From Mobula hypostoma (lineage: Eukaryota): a DNA stretch of 64,000 nt. Position 1 is the stretch's first letter. Each line of letters starts with the position of its first letter. The stretch covers positions 212,166,001-212,230,000 of the forward strand of contig NC_086097.1 of assembly GCF_963921235.1 (NCBI RefSeq), written 5' to 3'. Of the stretch, positions 25,515 to 38,438 are shown piece after piece. The position numbers and the translations under genes were made by a program. Under the pieces are notes generated by a model. The model did not search any database and was not told the origin of the DNA. It saw only the letters and a list, made by a program, of their open reading frames with translations.

Positions 25515-26475
25515 ATAAGACCATAAAGTACAGAAGCAGCATTAGGCCATTTGGCCCATCGAGTCTGCTCTGCCATTTCATCATGGCTGATCCAATTTTC
25601 TTCTCAGCCCCAATCTCCAGCCTTCTCATTGTATCCTTTCATGCCCTGACCAAGCAAAAATCCATCAGCCTCTGCCTTAAATATACATAAAAACTTGGTC
25701 TCCACAGCTGCCTGTGGCAAAAAATTCCACAGAAATTCCTCCTTGTCTCTATTCTAAAAGGAAGCCCCTCTATTCTGAGGCTGTGTCCTCTGAGCTTAGA
25801 CTCTCCACCACAGGAAACATCCTCTCGACATCTACTCTATCAAGACCTTTCACCATTCGATAGGTTTCAATGAGGTCACAACATTCTTCTGAATTCTAGT
25901 GAACACAGGCCCCGAGCCATCAAATGCTCTCCATATTACAAGCCATTCAATCCTGGGATCATTTTTGTGAACCTTCGTTGAACCCTCTCCAGTCTTAGCA
26001 CATACTTTCTAAGATAAGGGCCCCTAAACTGCTTACAATACTTAAAGTGAAGCCTTACCAGAGCTTTATAAAATCTTAACATTACATCCTTGTTTTTATA
26101 TACTAGTCCTCTTGAAATGAATGCTAACATTACATTTGCCCTCTTCACCACACTCAACCTGCAAATTAACCTTTAGGGGATCCCGCACAAGGATTCCCAA
26201 GTCCCTTTTCGCCTCAATTTTTTGTACTTTCTCTCCATTTAGAAAATAGTCAATCCTTTCATTTCTTCTACCAATGTGCATGACCATACACTTCCTGACA
26301 CTGTATTCTCTATGCCATTTCTTTGTCCATTCTCCTAATCTGTCCAAGTCCTTCGATAGCCTCTACTTCCTCAAAACTACCTGCCCCTCCACCTATCTTC
26401 ATATAGTCTGCAAACTTTGTAACAAAGCCATCAATTCCATTGTCCAAATCATTGACATATAACGTAAAAAAATGT
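25515..26475 (-). mobile_element. CR1 LINE 3' fragment
   Basis: [49 protein letters not shown]; 3' hairpin and tail at 25515-25570. Confidence 0.88.
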
Positions 26476-27029
26476 AGTACAGTTACTCTCCAGCAGCATC
26501 TTCCAAACACATTACCTCTACCAGTATGGACAAGGGCTGAAACACGTCAACTACTCCTGAACCTGGCGGTGTGCACCCAAGGCTCCTAACCAACCACTTG
26601 ATGGAGGCAGCGAGAGGGAAATGGGTCAAGCCCAAACAGACGGGTCAGGCTCAGGTGGGGGACCTTGGCTGACATGGTGAAGTGAGCTAAGCACCCGTTT
26701 GTCCTCTACCCTCAGCCTCGACATCTTCATCTTTTAAATCTGGCTCGACGCTTAATTGAGCTAAAATATCAATTTGGTTTTGACTCTCAGGCTTGGGCCA
26801 CACTTCAATCCAGCCCAAAGTCCACCCCAGCAATGGCTGCTGCACCTCCATTCTCAAGAGTTCAGTTCACCAAATCCTCAGCAGACTGCAACAATGCCAG
26901 ATTGTTCAGATGGTACAAAAGCACACCTCCCAAAGGAAAATTCTAGGCTGCAGATTGAAGTGATCGTAGTCCAGAAGTATATTTAGTAAAGCAATCAGAA
27001 ACAGAAATATGTTTATTGTCACTGACAAA

Positions 27030-27668
27030 CGTCTCCTGATGCAGCCTCCTCTACATTGGTGAGACCCATCATATATTGGGAGGCTGCTTCATCGAGCACC
27101 TCTGCTCTATTCTTCACAAGTGGAACATCCCGGTGGCCAAACATTTTAATTCCAACTCTTGTTTCAACATCTTGGTCCATGGCCGCCTCCTGTACCAAGA
27201 TGAGGCCACCCTCAGGGTACATTCCATCTGGATAGCCTCCAAACCAATAGCATGAATATCGATATCTCCTTCCAGTAAAAAAAATCCTCCCCCCACCCCC
27301 CAAACTTCTCTTCTATTCCTCACTCTGACCTTTTACCTCTTCTCAACTATCCATCACTCCTCCCTGGGTCCCCTCCTCCTTCTCTTTCTCCTAGGGTCCA
27401 CTCTCATCTCCCATCAGATTCTTTCTTCTCTAAATCTTGATCTTTCCCAACCACTTGGCTTGATCTTATCACCTTCCAGCTAGCCTCCTTCCCCTCCCTC
27501 CATCTTTTTATTTTGGCGTCTTCCACCTTCCTTCTTGGTCCTGAAGGGTCCCGGCCAGAAACATTGACCATTTATTTCCACAGATGCTGCCTGACCTGCT
27601 GAGTTCCTCCAGCATTTTGTATGTGTGTTACTTGGATTTCCAGCAACTGCAGACTTTCTCATGTTTAT
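27030..27668 (+). mobile_element. older Penelope-like element 3' remnant
   Basis: ctctacattggtgagacc (YIGET), pyrimidine-rich region, degenerate hammerhead at about 27537-27569, terminal ccagcaactgcagactttctcatgttt. Confidence 0.75.
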
Positions 27669-28139
27669 GATATGTCATGAAATTTGTTGTTTGCTGCAGC
27701 AGTACAGTGCAAAACACAAAACTATAAGTTATAATAAGAAATAAAGAGTGCAAAAGACAATTAATGAGGGGTAGAGGTCATGGCAATGCCCAGTACACCT
27801 CCTGAAAATATAATTGAAAATAAGATTTCAATCCTTCTCAAATCATATGGAAGGACTTTCCTCAGCTCACACAATATTTTTCTGCAAAATTACATCAGAC
27901 ATATGGTTCTGGAACTTTAGCAGAAAATAACTTACATACAATCACTGTGAAATGAAACAGATGGCTGTGTTCACTAAATTTAAATATGCACACCTAGCAC
28001 ATAGTAAACCACAAAGCCTCAGACATGACTCTGTGAATCAGTACTATTTTAGTCTCACCTTATTCAATCACAATGGGTATATCTAGTGAAAATAAACGTC
28101 ACTCGTTTCCAATCACAAACACAGCTAATTATCTCAGAG

Positions 28140-28198
28140 CATAAACACGAGGAATTCTGCAGATGCTGGAAATCCAAGCAACACACATCAACACTGAG
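28140..28198 (-). mobile_element. 59-bp Penelope-like terminal insertion with 13-bp TSD
   Basis: aaacacgaggaattctgcagatgctggaaatccaagcaacacac flanked by AATTATCTCAGAG at 28127-28139 and 28199-28211. Confidence 0.8.
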
Positions 28199-28413
28199 AA
28201 TTATCTCAGAGACTCATTTTTCTGTCAACACTTCCATAATGAATCAATTTCTGAAAAATCTAATCTTGCTTCTTTATTTTCTCTTTTTGCCATACACCAT
28301 TATTCCCTTTGTAATTACTATTTCCTGTCTTCCAACTTTCACCCTTGCCCTTTCTTTCAATGCATATCTATTATCTTTTATAGCCCAGAAATTGCAGTGA
28401 GTAGGACCTACAA

Positions 28414-29616
28414 TAGCGGTCCCCAACCACCAGGCCACGGACCGGTACCGGGCCGCAAGGCATGTGAGGAAACGATATGATTTGGTGATATGAGTCAGCT
28501 GCACCTTTTCTCATTCCGTCACGCTCTGTTGAACTTGAACGCACGTGAGGTGATTACCCATGCGTCATCCATGTCAGCGCGGGAAGGAGATCAACTCCTC
28601 GAGTTTGCAAATGACGGCGGGCTGAAAGGTATGTTTGACATAACATCTCTGCTGGCATCCTGGATCAAAGTCAAGGCTGAATATCCTGAGACAGCCACGA
28701 AAGCACTGAAAACGTTGCTTCCATTTCCAACACATCTCTGCAATGAATGCAACGAAAACTAAATTGCAGAATAGACTGGACATGAGGAACCCCCTTCGAG
28801 TATCGCTGTCTCCCATCACCCCTCCATAGGACTGTCTTGTTGCAGGGAACAAGTATTCAGCCCAGGGCTCCCAGTGATTCAGTGATACTGGTGTGTTGCA
28901 ATGATTTTATTTGTTAATACGGGGAAAATATGTGCTGTGTGTTTAATATTCAAACGTTACTTAAAATCTTATGATGCTATTGACTTATAAGTGACATATA
29001 ACCATATAACAATTACAGCACGGAAACAGGCCATCTCTGCCCTTCTAGTCCGTGCCGAACACTACTCTCATCTAGTCCCACCGACCTGCACTCAGCCCAT
29101 AACCCTCCATTCCTTTCCTGTCCCTATACCTATCCAACGTTTCTTTAAATGATCATATCGAACCTGCCTCTATCACTTCTAACTGGAAGTTCGTTCAACA
29201 CTTACTTCAAGCTCCCCATCCTCCCCTGATAATTGACTTATCACTATATTCATGCAAGGAAAATATGCGGCGTGTGTTTAATATTAAATTTGTTAGATAC
29301 AACCTTTTAGAAACAAAATTGAGTGTATTAGCCACTTATCACCTATATTCCGGCCGTGATTAACACCCCCCACCCCCCCGAACAGAATCGCCAAAAACGA
29401 TTTGTAGAAAAAAATCAGCACGTACACGCATGCGCACTGGTGCCCGCGCAAGGCTTCACGGTCATTGTAGTCTTTCTCGGGGTAAACACAACGTATTTGA
29501 CTGCTACTCTTGTCCGTTGGCAACCCTACGCCCCCCACCCCCCGGGGTCAGCCGGTCCACAAAAATATTGTCAATAATAAACCGGTCCGCATTGCAAAAA
29601 GGGTTGGGGACCCCTG
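28414..29616 (+). mobile_element. non-autonomous hAT-Charlie DNA transposon (internally deleted)
   Basis: TIRs tagcggtccccaacc / ggttggggacccctg; exact 8-bp TSD ACCTACAA (28406-28413, 29617-29624); dimerisation-domain remnant WIKVKAEYPETATKALKTLLPFPT.LC; nested CR1 3' end at about 29000-29180. Confidence 0.92.
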
Positions 29617-30329
29617 ACCTACAACACACTATCAGCCTATCCAGAAAGATCACAATTATCCTGTGCAGACCTTCTAAGGCCAACTGCTGAAATGCATTGA
29701 CTCTAGCTCATAAGCTAGGTCACGTGGTGTAGCACAACCTACTATTTTCTGATCCCAGCACATGAACAGGGTGAGTGCATTTTTTTTTTATCTCCACTTA
29801 CTGATCCAATTCTTCGCCAACATCCTGCTGTTTTCCCCTCCAGTACGATCTCCATCTGCCCATAATCCACAAACTCCTCCCCATGGTTCTCCTCACCTCC
29901 CTCTGTCTCTTTTACATTCTACTTTCCTCTTTTCAGTCCTCCGTCGCTTCCACCTATCACCTCCCAACATCTGACTTCCTTCCCACTCTGCCCTTCCATC
30001 CTATGTGCTATCCCCCTCATATTGAGCCACCTGTCATGGGCCAGATCCAGCTCCACCCTCCCTCCATTTTTTTTATATGGTTATCGCTCTATTTTCTTTC
30101 AGGCCAGGTTAAGTGATACAAACTGTTGACTGTCTATTTCCCTCCACAGAAACCACCTGACCTGCCCAGTTCCTCTAGTGTTTCAGGTGTTGCACCAGAT
30201 TTCAGCACTTACAGTCTTTTGTGTCTTCATATTAACAGTGCGGACCAAAAGTATATTACTTGTGAAAGTGCTGGACAAAATACCCACTTGGATTGCCAAC
30301 TAAGTTATGTCCTCTTGGTTAGTGACAGC

Positions 30330-31372
30330 GATGCAGGTGGATGCTTCCCTGGTGTCATGGATTCTTGATTACCTGACTGGCAGACCACAGTACGTGTGCT
30401 TGCAACACTGTGTGTCCGACAGACTGATCAGCAGCACTGGGGCTCCACAGGGGACTGTCTTGTCTCCCTTTCTCTTCACCATTTACACCTCGGGTTTCAA
30501 CTACTGCACAGAATCCTGTCATCTTCAGAAGTTTTCTGATGACTCTGCCACAGTTGGATGCATCAGCAGGGGAGATGAGGCTGAGTACAGGGCTACGGTA
30601 GGAAACTTTGTCACATGGTGTAGCAGAATTATCTGCAGCTCAATGTGAAAAAGACTAAGGAGCTGGTGGTAGACCTGAGGAGAGCTAAGGTACCGGTGAC
30701 CCCTGTTTCCATCCAGGGGGTCAGTGTGGACATGGTGGAGGATTACAAATACCTGGGGATACGAATTGACAATAAACTGGACTGGTCAAAGAACACTGAG
30801 GCTGTTTACAAGAAGGGACAGAGCCGTCCCTATTTCCTGAGGAGACTGAGGTCCTATAACATCTGCCGGATGATGCCGAGGATGTTCTACGAGTCTGTGG
30901 TGGCCAGTGCTATCATGTTTGCTGTTGTGTGCTGGGGCAGCAGGCTGAGGGTAGCAGACACCAACAGAATTAACAAACTCATTCTTAAGGCCAGTGATGT
31001 TGTGGGGATGGAACTGGACTCTCTGACGGTGGTGTCTGAAAAGAGGGTGCTGTCCAAATTGCATGCCATCTTGGACAATGTCTCCCATCCACTACATAAT
31101 GTACTGGGTGGACACAGGAGTACATTCAGCCAGAGACTCATTCCATCGAGATGCAACACAGAGCGTCATAGGAAGTCATTCCTGCCTGTGGCCATCAATC
31201 TTTACAACTCCTCCCTTGGAGGGTCAGACACCCTGAGCCAATAGGCTGGTCCTGGACTTATTTCATAATTTACATATTACTATTTAACTATTTATGGTTC
31301 TATTACCATTTATTATTTATGGTGCAACTGTAACGAAAACCAATTTCCCCTGGGATCAATAAAGTATGACTA
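30330..31372 (+). mobile_element. Rex1/Babar-type LINE, 5'-truncated
   Basis: WILDYLTGRPQYV, STGAPQGTVLSPFLFTIYT, KFSDDSA, KTKELVVD, YKYLG; one frameshift near 30645; aataaagtatgact tail. Confidence 0.9.
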
Positions 31373-32308
31373 GTTGCCTGTCAAAGTATCCAAAACATAA
31401 TTGCTTCGAAATTTAAATGGTTTTGTTCAGCATTAAGCAGTTAATTTGTTTTCAGAATTAAATAACCTTTTTTCTAAGGTCAAGCATAGCAATACTTTCT
31501 AGGTACCATACCTTAACGTGTAAAAGTTTAGGAGATGCTACATGACTCAACACAAATTTCTGTATTAGGGCTCCACCTGGTGGTTACTAACTGCAACTGA
31601 AGGGGATTTGTTCTTTGACACTGGGCACTAGCAGTGGTGGTGAGGAAATCACGAGACAGTGGGTCATCTACTAAATATTAGTTCTTTATACAAGAAAACG
31701 AGCAGGTACTATGGCAGAGAAATGCAGTCATTTGCACAAATACCAGCATTTTTTCTACACAGAAATGGAGGTCAAGATCTAATCTACACTTCTCCCCCCA
31801 ATTCTGTTACACAGGTCTGAAAGATTTACTTTCCATAGATGGTGCAGCGATTTTTATTTCAATCAGTTTTTCTCTTTTAAAAAAACAAATTATTATATTC
31901 TCATTCTTTTTATTACACCTATTAATCAAATGACAAATGTACAAGAAACAGTAAATTACAAGTATTTTCTGGAGTAATATGCTTCTTAACTGATATCCAG
32001 TTGAGTTGTAAACCAACAAATACCAAATCCCTTGGCATTTTGGGATTCTAAATATTACATTTTCATTAAAACAGTAAAGTTTTTAAAAGATTAAATAATT
32101 TCAATAAATCCAATTAATAATACCAGTAAGTCCATTTACAACAGTCTGAAAATAATTGGGTAAAGATATGGTTAATTGCAGAAGGCCCAGTGCCTTGGGC
32201 TAAATTCAGAAAGCGCGTATTAAGTATATCAGATATGCATCAGTAGCCACTGATTAAATTCAGAATTTTTTGATCTGCAGGACTCTTAATTACAAAGAGA
32301 ACATGTTA

Positions 32309-32596
<288 letters not shown>

Positions 32597-32660
32597 TTAT
32601 AATCTTAGAACTTTAAGTTTTATGTTCATTATTGGGAAATGGATACTTAACAAATATTAC

Positions 32661-32713
32661 CTATTTTTATCAAACGAAGTCCGAGCCAATCGTGACTGCA
32701 GAATGGCTGTGAC
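32661..32713 (-). CDS. NSMAF: NSMAF exon 9 (53 nt)
   Basis: ttgtag|GTC ... AATAG|gtaata; VTAILQSRLARTSFDKN(R). Confidence 0.95.
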
Positions 32714-32919
32714 CTACAAATGGAAAGATGAGGTGAGAGAAAGAATATAAAAACACCTGATTCCGTTCCGAAAATACTGTTATATTTATTGCAGCTGTAT
32801 TGTTAAATTTAATGTAAAAGAATAGCACATGCAGTCAATCGTACAAAAAATTGTCATCTCTGAATGTTTGCACTTCTTCCATCAGATGTTGGATCAGGAT
32901 CTGATTAAAAGAAGTTCTC

Positions 32920-33892
32920 CAAAATAATATCCTTTCCTCCAACAATACCAAATAAAGCAGTCAAAGGATTAGGCATGAAATTTACTTTAAAAAGAATCGA
33001 AGAGGTTTGAAATACTTCTTTCTAATATTTTCCAAGACTCGGACATGTCCAAAATATATGAATGAGTGAAGCTTCTCCATTGTTACATTTATCACAATAC
33101 GGAGGTATATCTAAATTAAAAACGAGACAACTTATCCTGAGTCATATGGGCCCTATGGACCACTTTAAATTGAAGGAGAGAGTGACGGGCACATAACGAT
33201 GAAGTGTTGACCAATTTAAAAGTTTGATTCCAAGTTTCCTCAGAAATTGAAGTCTGTAAATCTTGTTCCCAAAGATTTTTAATTTTATCTAAAGGAACAC
33301 TTCTCATTCCCAACAGCATATTATAAATACTAGATATAGATCCAGTATAAAAAGGTTTCAGATGAAAGATTATATCTGGTAGATTCTTATCAGGACTTTT
33401 AGGAAATGTACTTATTTGAGACCGTAAAAAATCTCTTATTTTGGAGCCATCTGATTTGCACATTTTGGCTTTTATGTCTCTTATGACTAGAAGGACGCTT
33501 TTGCTTAAATGGAAAGATTCATGCCCAATGGCTACGTGATGTGATGTCATGTTTAAATTTAGAGAAGATTTGACGTTCAATCTTTGAATCTAATCAAGAC
33601 TTTCAAACACTGTGGGGACCCTTTCTGAATTATTTTCAAAACCTTTGATTTGCTGTTAAAGCACAGATGATGACTAAGAATCTTTTCTCTTTTTTTCTGT
33701 TATCAGCTTCAGTCTTGATAGTGGGTTAGATTTTTTTATATTAAAAAATTATTATTTTTCAATGCTACGAACTAATTGATTTGTACGAATGTAGGGTAAG
33801 GAGTCTTTATATGCGATTTAGTTTAACGTATTCTTTTTCCTCTACTCTGTGTTCTTAAAAATATATAAATTAATAAAAATATTGGAAAAAGA
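32920..33892. mobile_element. L1/Tx1-clade LINE 3' end with 5' inversion (twin priming)
   Basis: 32917-33440 minus strand (WEQDL...LLQFKVVHR...CDKC...SLIHIFWTC); 33436-33892 plus strand continues the ORF, then AATAAA and A-rich tail; TSD aaaagaagttctc / aaaaaaagttctc. Confidence 0.85.
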
Positions 33893-34074
33893 AAAAAAAG
33901 TTCTCACTGGCAAGAAAAAGGTGAAAAGAAATCATTTTAGCCAACTTTTCCGTTTCTCCAGACACTCAAATATAAACTCGACCGCATCTGTGCCAGTAAG
34001 AATGCAGGCTGAACCACAAGCTGTGGAAAAATATAAATACTCGAAAGCAGTGAGAAATTCTGAAATATTTTAAG

Positions 34075-34362
34075 AAATTAGCTTTATTTGTTACATCAAA
34101 ACACACAATAAGTTGTGTAATTTGCATCAACACTGTACAAGGATGTTCTGGGACAGCACATGTTGCCATGCTTCAGGTGCCAACATAGCATGCCCACAAC
34201 TTACTAACCCTAACCCATATATGTCTTTGTTCCAGTTTCCTCCCACATTTCAACCAGAGGAAACGCACACAGTCATGGGGAGAATGTACAGTAGCAAAAG
34301 TGAATGCAGATCGCTGGTCCTATAAACTGTTATGCTAACTGCTGCACTACTGTGGCTACCCA
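34075..34362 (-). mobile_element. tRNA-derived V-SINE-like element
   Basis: Minus strand tgtacattctccccatgactgtgtgcgtttcctctgg matches the V-domain core; AT-rich tail near 34080. Confidence 0.65.
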
Positions 34363-34469
34363 AGAAATTTAGAACAATTTTTAATAATATGCAAGCTATA
34401 ATGATGATAGACAACCTACTTAACCCCTTTAAACTAATGCCATATATAAAAATTGTCATATACACACAT

Positions 34470-36450
34470 AAGTCGGGTGGGAACCGGTCTGAAGGGACTC
34501 AAGATTGGATAGATGGTAAAAAAAAAAGCAGAGCCAGCATGCAGTCTGACTGTCAGGAGGGGAAAGCAGATGAAAGAACACAATTGCAGCTGGCAGGGGG
34601 AGGATCAGTGCATGAGGGATGCAGAATCAAAAAGGGTAGCAAGTGCCGCACTCAAGGTGTTGTTTCTCAATGCACGGAGTATAAGAAATAAAGTGGATGA
34701 TCTTCTTGCACTATTACAGATGGTCAGGTATGATGCTGTGGCCATCACTGAATCATGGCTTAAGGACAGTTGTAGCTGGGAGCTGAATGTCCAAGGTTAC
34801 ACATTTTATCAGAGGAATAGGAAGGTAGGCAGAGGGGGTGGTGTGGCTCTGCTGGTTAAAAATGGCATCAAATCAGTAGAAAGATTTGACACAGGATCAG
34901 AAGATGTTGAATCCTTGTGGGTTGAGTTAAGAAACTGCAAGGGTAAAAGGAACCTGATGATGGTTATATACAGGCCACCCAACAGTAGCTGAGATGTGAA
35001 CCACAGATTCCAATGGGAAATAGAAAAAGCATGTCAAAAAGGCAATGTTATGATAGTCATGGGAGATTTTAACATGCAGGTCGAATGGAAAAATCAGTTT
35101 GGTAATGGGTCTCAAGAGAAAGTTTGTTGAATGCCTTTGAGATGACTTTTTAGAGCAGTTTGTTGTTGAGTCTATTAAGAGATCCACTGTACTGGATTGG
35201 GTGTTATATATTGAACCAGAGGTGATTAGGAGCTTAACGTAAAAGAACCCTTAGGCAGCAGTGATCACAATATGATTGAGTTCAACTAGGGAGAAAGTAA
35301 ACTCTGGTGTAGCAGTACTTCAGTGGAGTAAAGGAAATTACAGTGGGTTGAGAGAGGAGTTGGCCAAAGTAAATTGGAAGGAGCTGCTGGCAGGGATGAC
35401 AGAAGAATAGCAATGGCACGAGTTTCTGGCAAAAATGAGGAAAGTGCATGATAGATGTATTCCAAAAACAAAGAAATACTCAAAATAGCACAATCTTGGC
35501 TGACAAAGAAAGTCAAAGCTAACATAAAAGCAAAAGAGGGCATACAAAAAAGCAAAAATTAGCAAGAAGATAGAGATTTGGGAAGCTTTTAAAAACCTAC
35601 AGAGAACAACTGAAAGAATCATTAGAAGGGAAAAGATGAAATATGAAACCAAGCTAGCAAACAATATCAAAATGGATAGAAAAAGCCTTTTCAACTGTGT
35701 ATAAAATAAAAGCGATGAGACTGGATATAGGACCACTAGAAAATGAGGCTGAAGAAATAATAATGGGGGACAAGGAGGTGGCAGATGAACTAAATGAGTA
35801 TTTTGCATCAGTCTTCACTGTGGAAGATACTTGCGGTATTGTACTTGCCTGGTGTTGTAGTGAGTGAAGGAAGAGAAGTTGGTGCAGTTACTATTACAAG
35901 AGAGAAGGTGCTCAAAAAGCTGAAAGAGCTAAGGGTACATAAGTCACCCACACCAGATGAACTGTATCTTAGAGTTCTGAAAGAGGTAGCAATAGGGATT
36001 GTGGAGACGTTAATGATGATCTTTCGAATATCATTGGACTCTGGCATGGTGCCAAAGGACTGGAAAATTGCAAATATCACTCCATTCTTTTAGAAATGAG
36101 GAAGTCAGCAGAAAAGAAATTATAGACAATAGACAATAGGTGCAGGAGTAGGCCATTCGGCCCTTCGAGCCAGCACCACCATTCACTGTGATCATGGCTG
36201 ATCATCCACAATCAGTACCCTGTTCCTGCCTTATCCCCATAACCTATGATTCCGCTATCTTTAAAAGCTCTATCCATCTCTTTCTTGAAAGCATCCAGAG
36301 ACTTATAGACCAGTTAGCCTGACCTCAGTGGCTGGGAAGATGTTGGAGTCTAATTGTTAAGGATGGGGTTATGGAGTATTTGGTGACATAGGACATAGAT
36401 AGGATAGGATTAGGAGAATGGGTAAGAAAGTGGCGAATGGAATACAACCA
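34470..36450 (+). mobile_element. decayed CR1 (endonuclease and linker), with a nested antisense CR1 3' end at 36128-36302
   Basis: LNARSIRNKVDDL, AITESWL, GGGVALLVK, VIYRPPNS; nested piece flanked by TTATAGAC (36120-36127, 36303-36310). Confidence 0.88.
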
Positions 36451-36599
36451 CACTGGTTGGTGTGGTCTTTCATTGATTCTATTGATATTATTTTTATTGA
36501 TTCTACTATGGTTATTGGATTTATTGTGTCTACAATAAAATAAACCTCAGGGTTGCATATAGTGACATATATGTACTATGATATTAAATTTACTTTGAT

Positions 36600-37080
36600 C
36601 CGTGCCATCGGAGCTGTGCTTAACCACACAGTCATAAGTGTAAAGCGAGTAGAGTAAGGGGCTAAGCACACAGCACTGTGGTGTAGCTACGCTGATAGAG
36701 ATTGTGGAGGAGATGCTGTTGCCAATCCAAAATGACTGGGGTCTGCAAGTGAGCAAATCGAGGATCCAATTGCACAAGGACGGATTAAGGCCAGGTCTTG
36801 AAGTTTATTGATTAGCTTTCAGGGGATGATGGTATTGAATGCCAAGCTACAGTAGATAAAGAGCATCCTGATGTATGCATCTTTGCTGACAAGAAGTTTC
36901 AAGGTTGAGTGAAGAGCCAATGAAATGGCATCTGCTGTGGACCTGTTGTGCCAGTGGGGAAATTGGAGCAGATCCAAGTCATATCTCAGGCAGAGTTGCT
37001 ATGTTGCATCACCAACTTTTCAAAGCACATTTATCATTGTGAACATAAGTGCTACTGGAAAATAGTCATTGAGGCAGGTT
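36600..37080 (-). mobile_element. old Rex1/L2-like RT fragment
   Basis: [14 protein letters not shown]...[18 protein letters not shown]. Confidence 0.7.
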
Positions 37081-37157
37081 ACAAAGTACTTTGATAATAA
37101 GTTTATTTTGAACAAAAATGATTTAATAAGATCATGATAATTGCAAAAATCCCTTAC

Positions 37158-37205
37158 CATTGCAATCTGATCTGCCACTTTGTCCAACCGAGAAGCTCTG
37201 TGAAG
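37158..37205 (-). CDS. NSMAF: NSMAF exon 8 (48 nt)
   Basis: catag|CTT ... GCAATG|gtaagg; LHRASRLDKVADQIAM. Confidence 0.93.
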
Positions 37206-38366
37206 CTATGAAAAAGAACGCTATTAACAGTTTTAGATTATTTACTATGCAGATACCTCAAGTAAAACCATTTTGATATATTGATATAAAGGTAAATTCA
37301 AAGAATTAGCAACTCCACTGATGGTAATGTGGAGCTATCATCATCAGGAACCAAACTGTAAGAGGACTTGGCTGCTGCCAGCTTCTTTCAGTCATTATGT
37401 CTTGGAACTCTCATGTGCTTCCTTAATAGTAAATTTTTTAAGCTGTCAATAGTTTCTTCTGTCTGACTAACATTAACGATTAGATGATCACAGGTAGAGT
37501 AAAGCTAAAATTGGAGAAATGCATGAAGTGCCCACAGTGGAAAAAAATCCGTAATGATCAAATTGGCTAATGATTGCGTAATGCTCCTTTTGAGATTTGT
37601 TTACAGACTTAACCTTTAGTAAAAAGGGAACTATTTACAAGGAAAGTCATTAATCCATTTATTCATTACTGAGGAGCATGCTAAATCTCTGAGTTGTTTT
37701 TAAACAGGCATAATATTGACTTCATAACCAAACAACTGTAGGAAGTCAGTGGGTCAAGCAACATCTGTGGACCCAAAGGGATGGTTGGCATTTCATGTCA
37801 AGACCCTATCTCATGAGTGAACGTGGAGGAAGATGGCCAGCGTACAGAGGTATGAGGGAGGCAAGATACAGGGTAAATATGATATCAGGTAATGTGAAGG
37901 ACAATAGACAGGTGAAGCCAGGTGGGGGAAGGGGAGGAGTAAGTTGTGAGAGATTTTTAAAATTGGCAGTGGTACTAGGTAGGAGGCAGGAGAGGGGGAA
38001 GGTAGAGATAGAGTCTGGAATGTAATAAGGAATGATGATTCACAGATTTCTCTTTACTTAGTCTCATGTGTCCATATTAACAGACTGTGGAGCCACATTA
38101 GAGTTTGCTGTAGTGTTCACAATGCTCTTACAATGGTTAATAAATAGCCACAGCTGGAGAAAATCACATTCTCTGAGTGAATTGGACCACTAATTGTATT
38201 GCGTTGTTTGGATCAGGTTTGATGATAACTGGATTGATAGTGCAATATGTATTTATTGCAAAAGCTGTTCTCACATTTATTTTCACAACACGAGTGAATG
38301 AACAAACAACCTCTTACTAAGAATTCTGGACTGACTCAGAAGTACTCTTGTTTTGTAATATTTTAC

Positions 38367-38438
38367 CTGATGTAAACTTTGCACCACATCTTCTGCTTTT
38401 GAAGCATCTTCTATTCTGAAAGTGTAATCCTTTGGGCC
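38367..38438 (-). CDS. NSMAF: NSMAF exon 7 (72 nt)
   Basis: aactag|GGC ... CATCAG|gtaaaa; GPKDYTFRIEDASKAEDVVQSLHQ. Confidence 0.9.
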
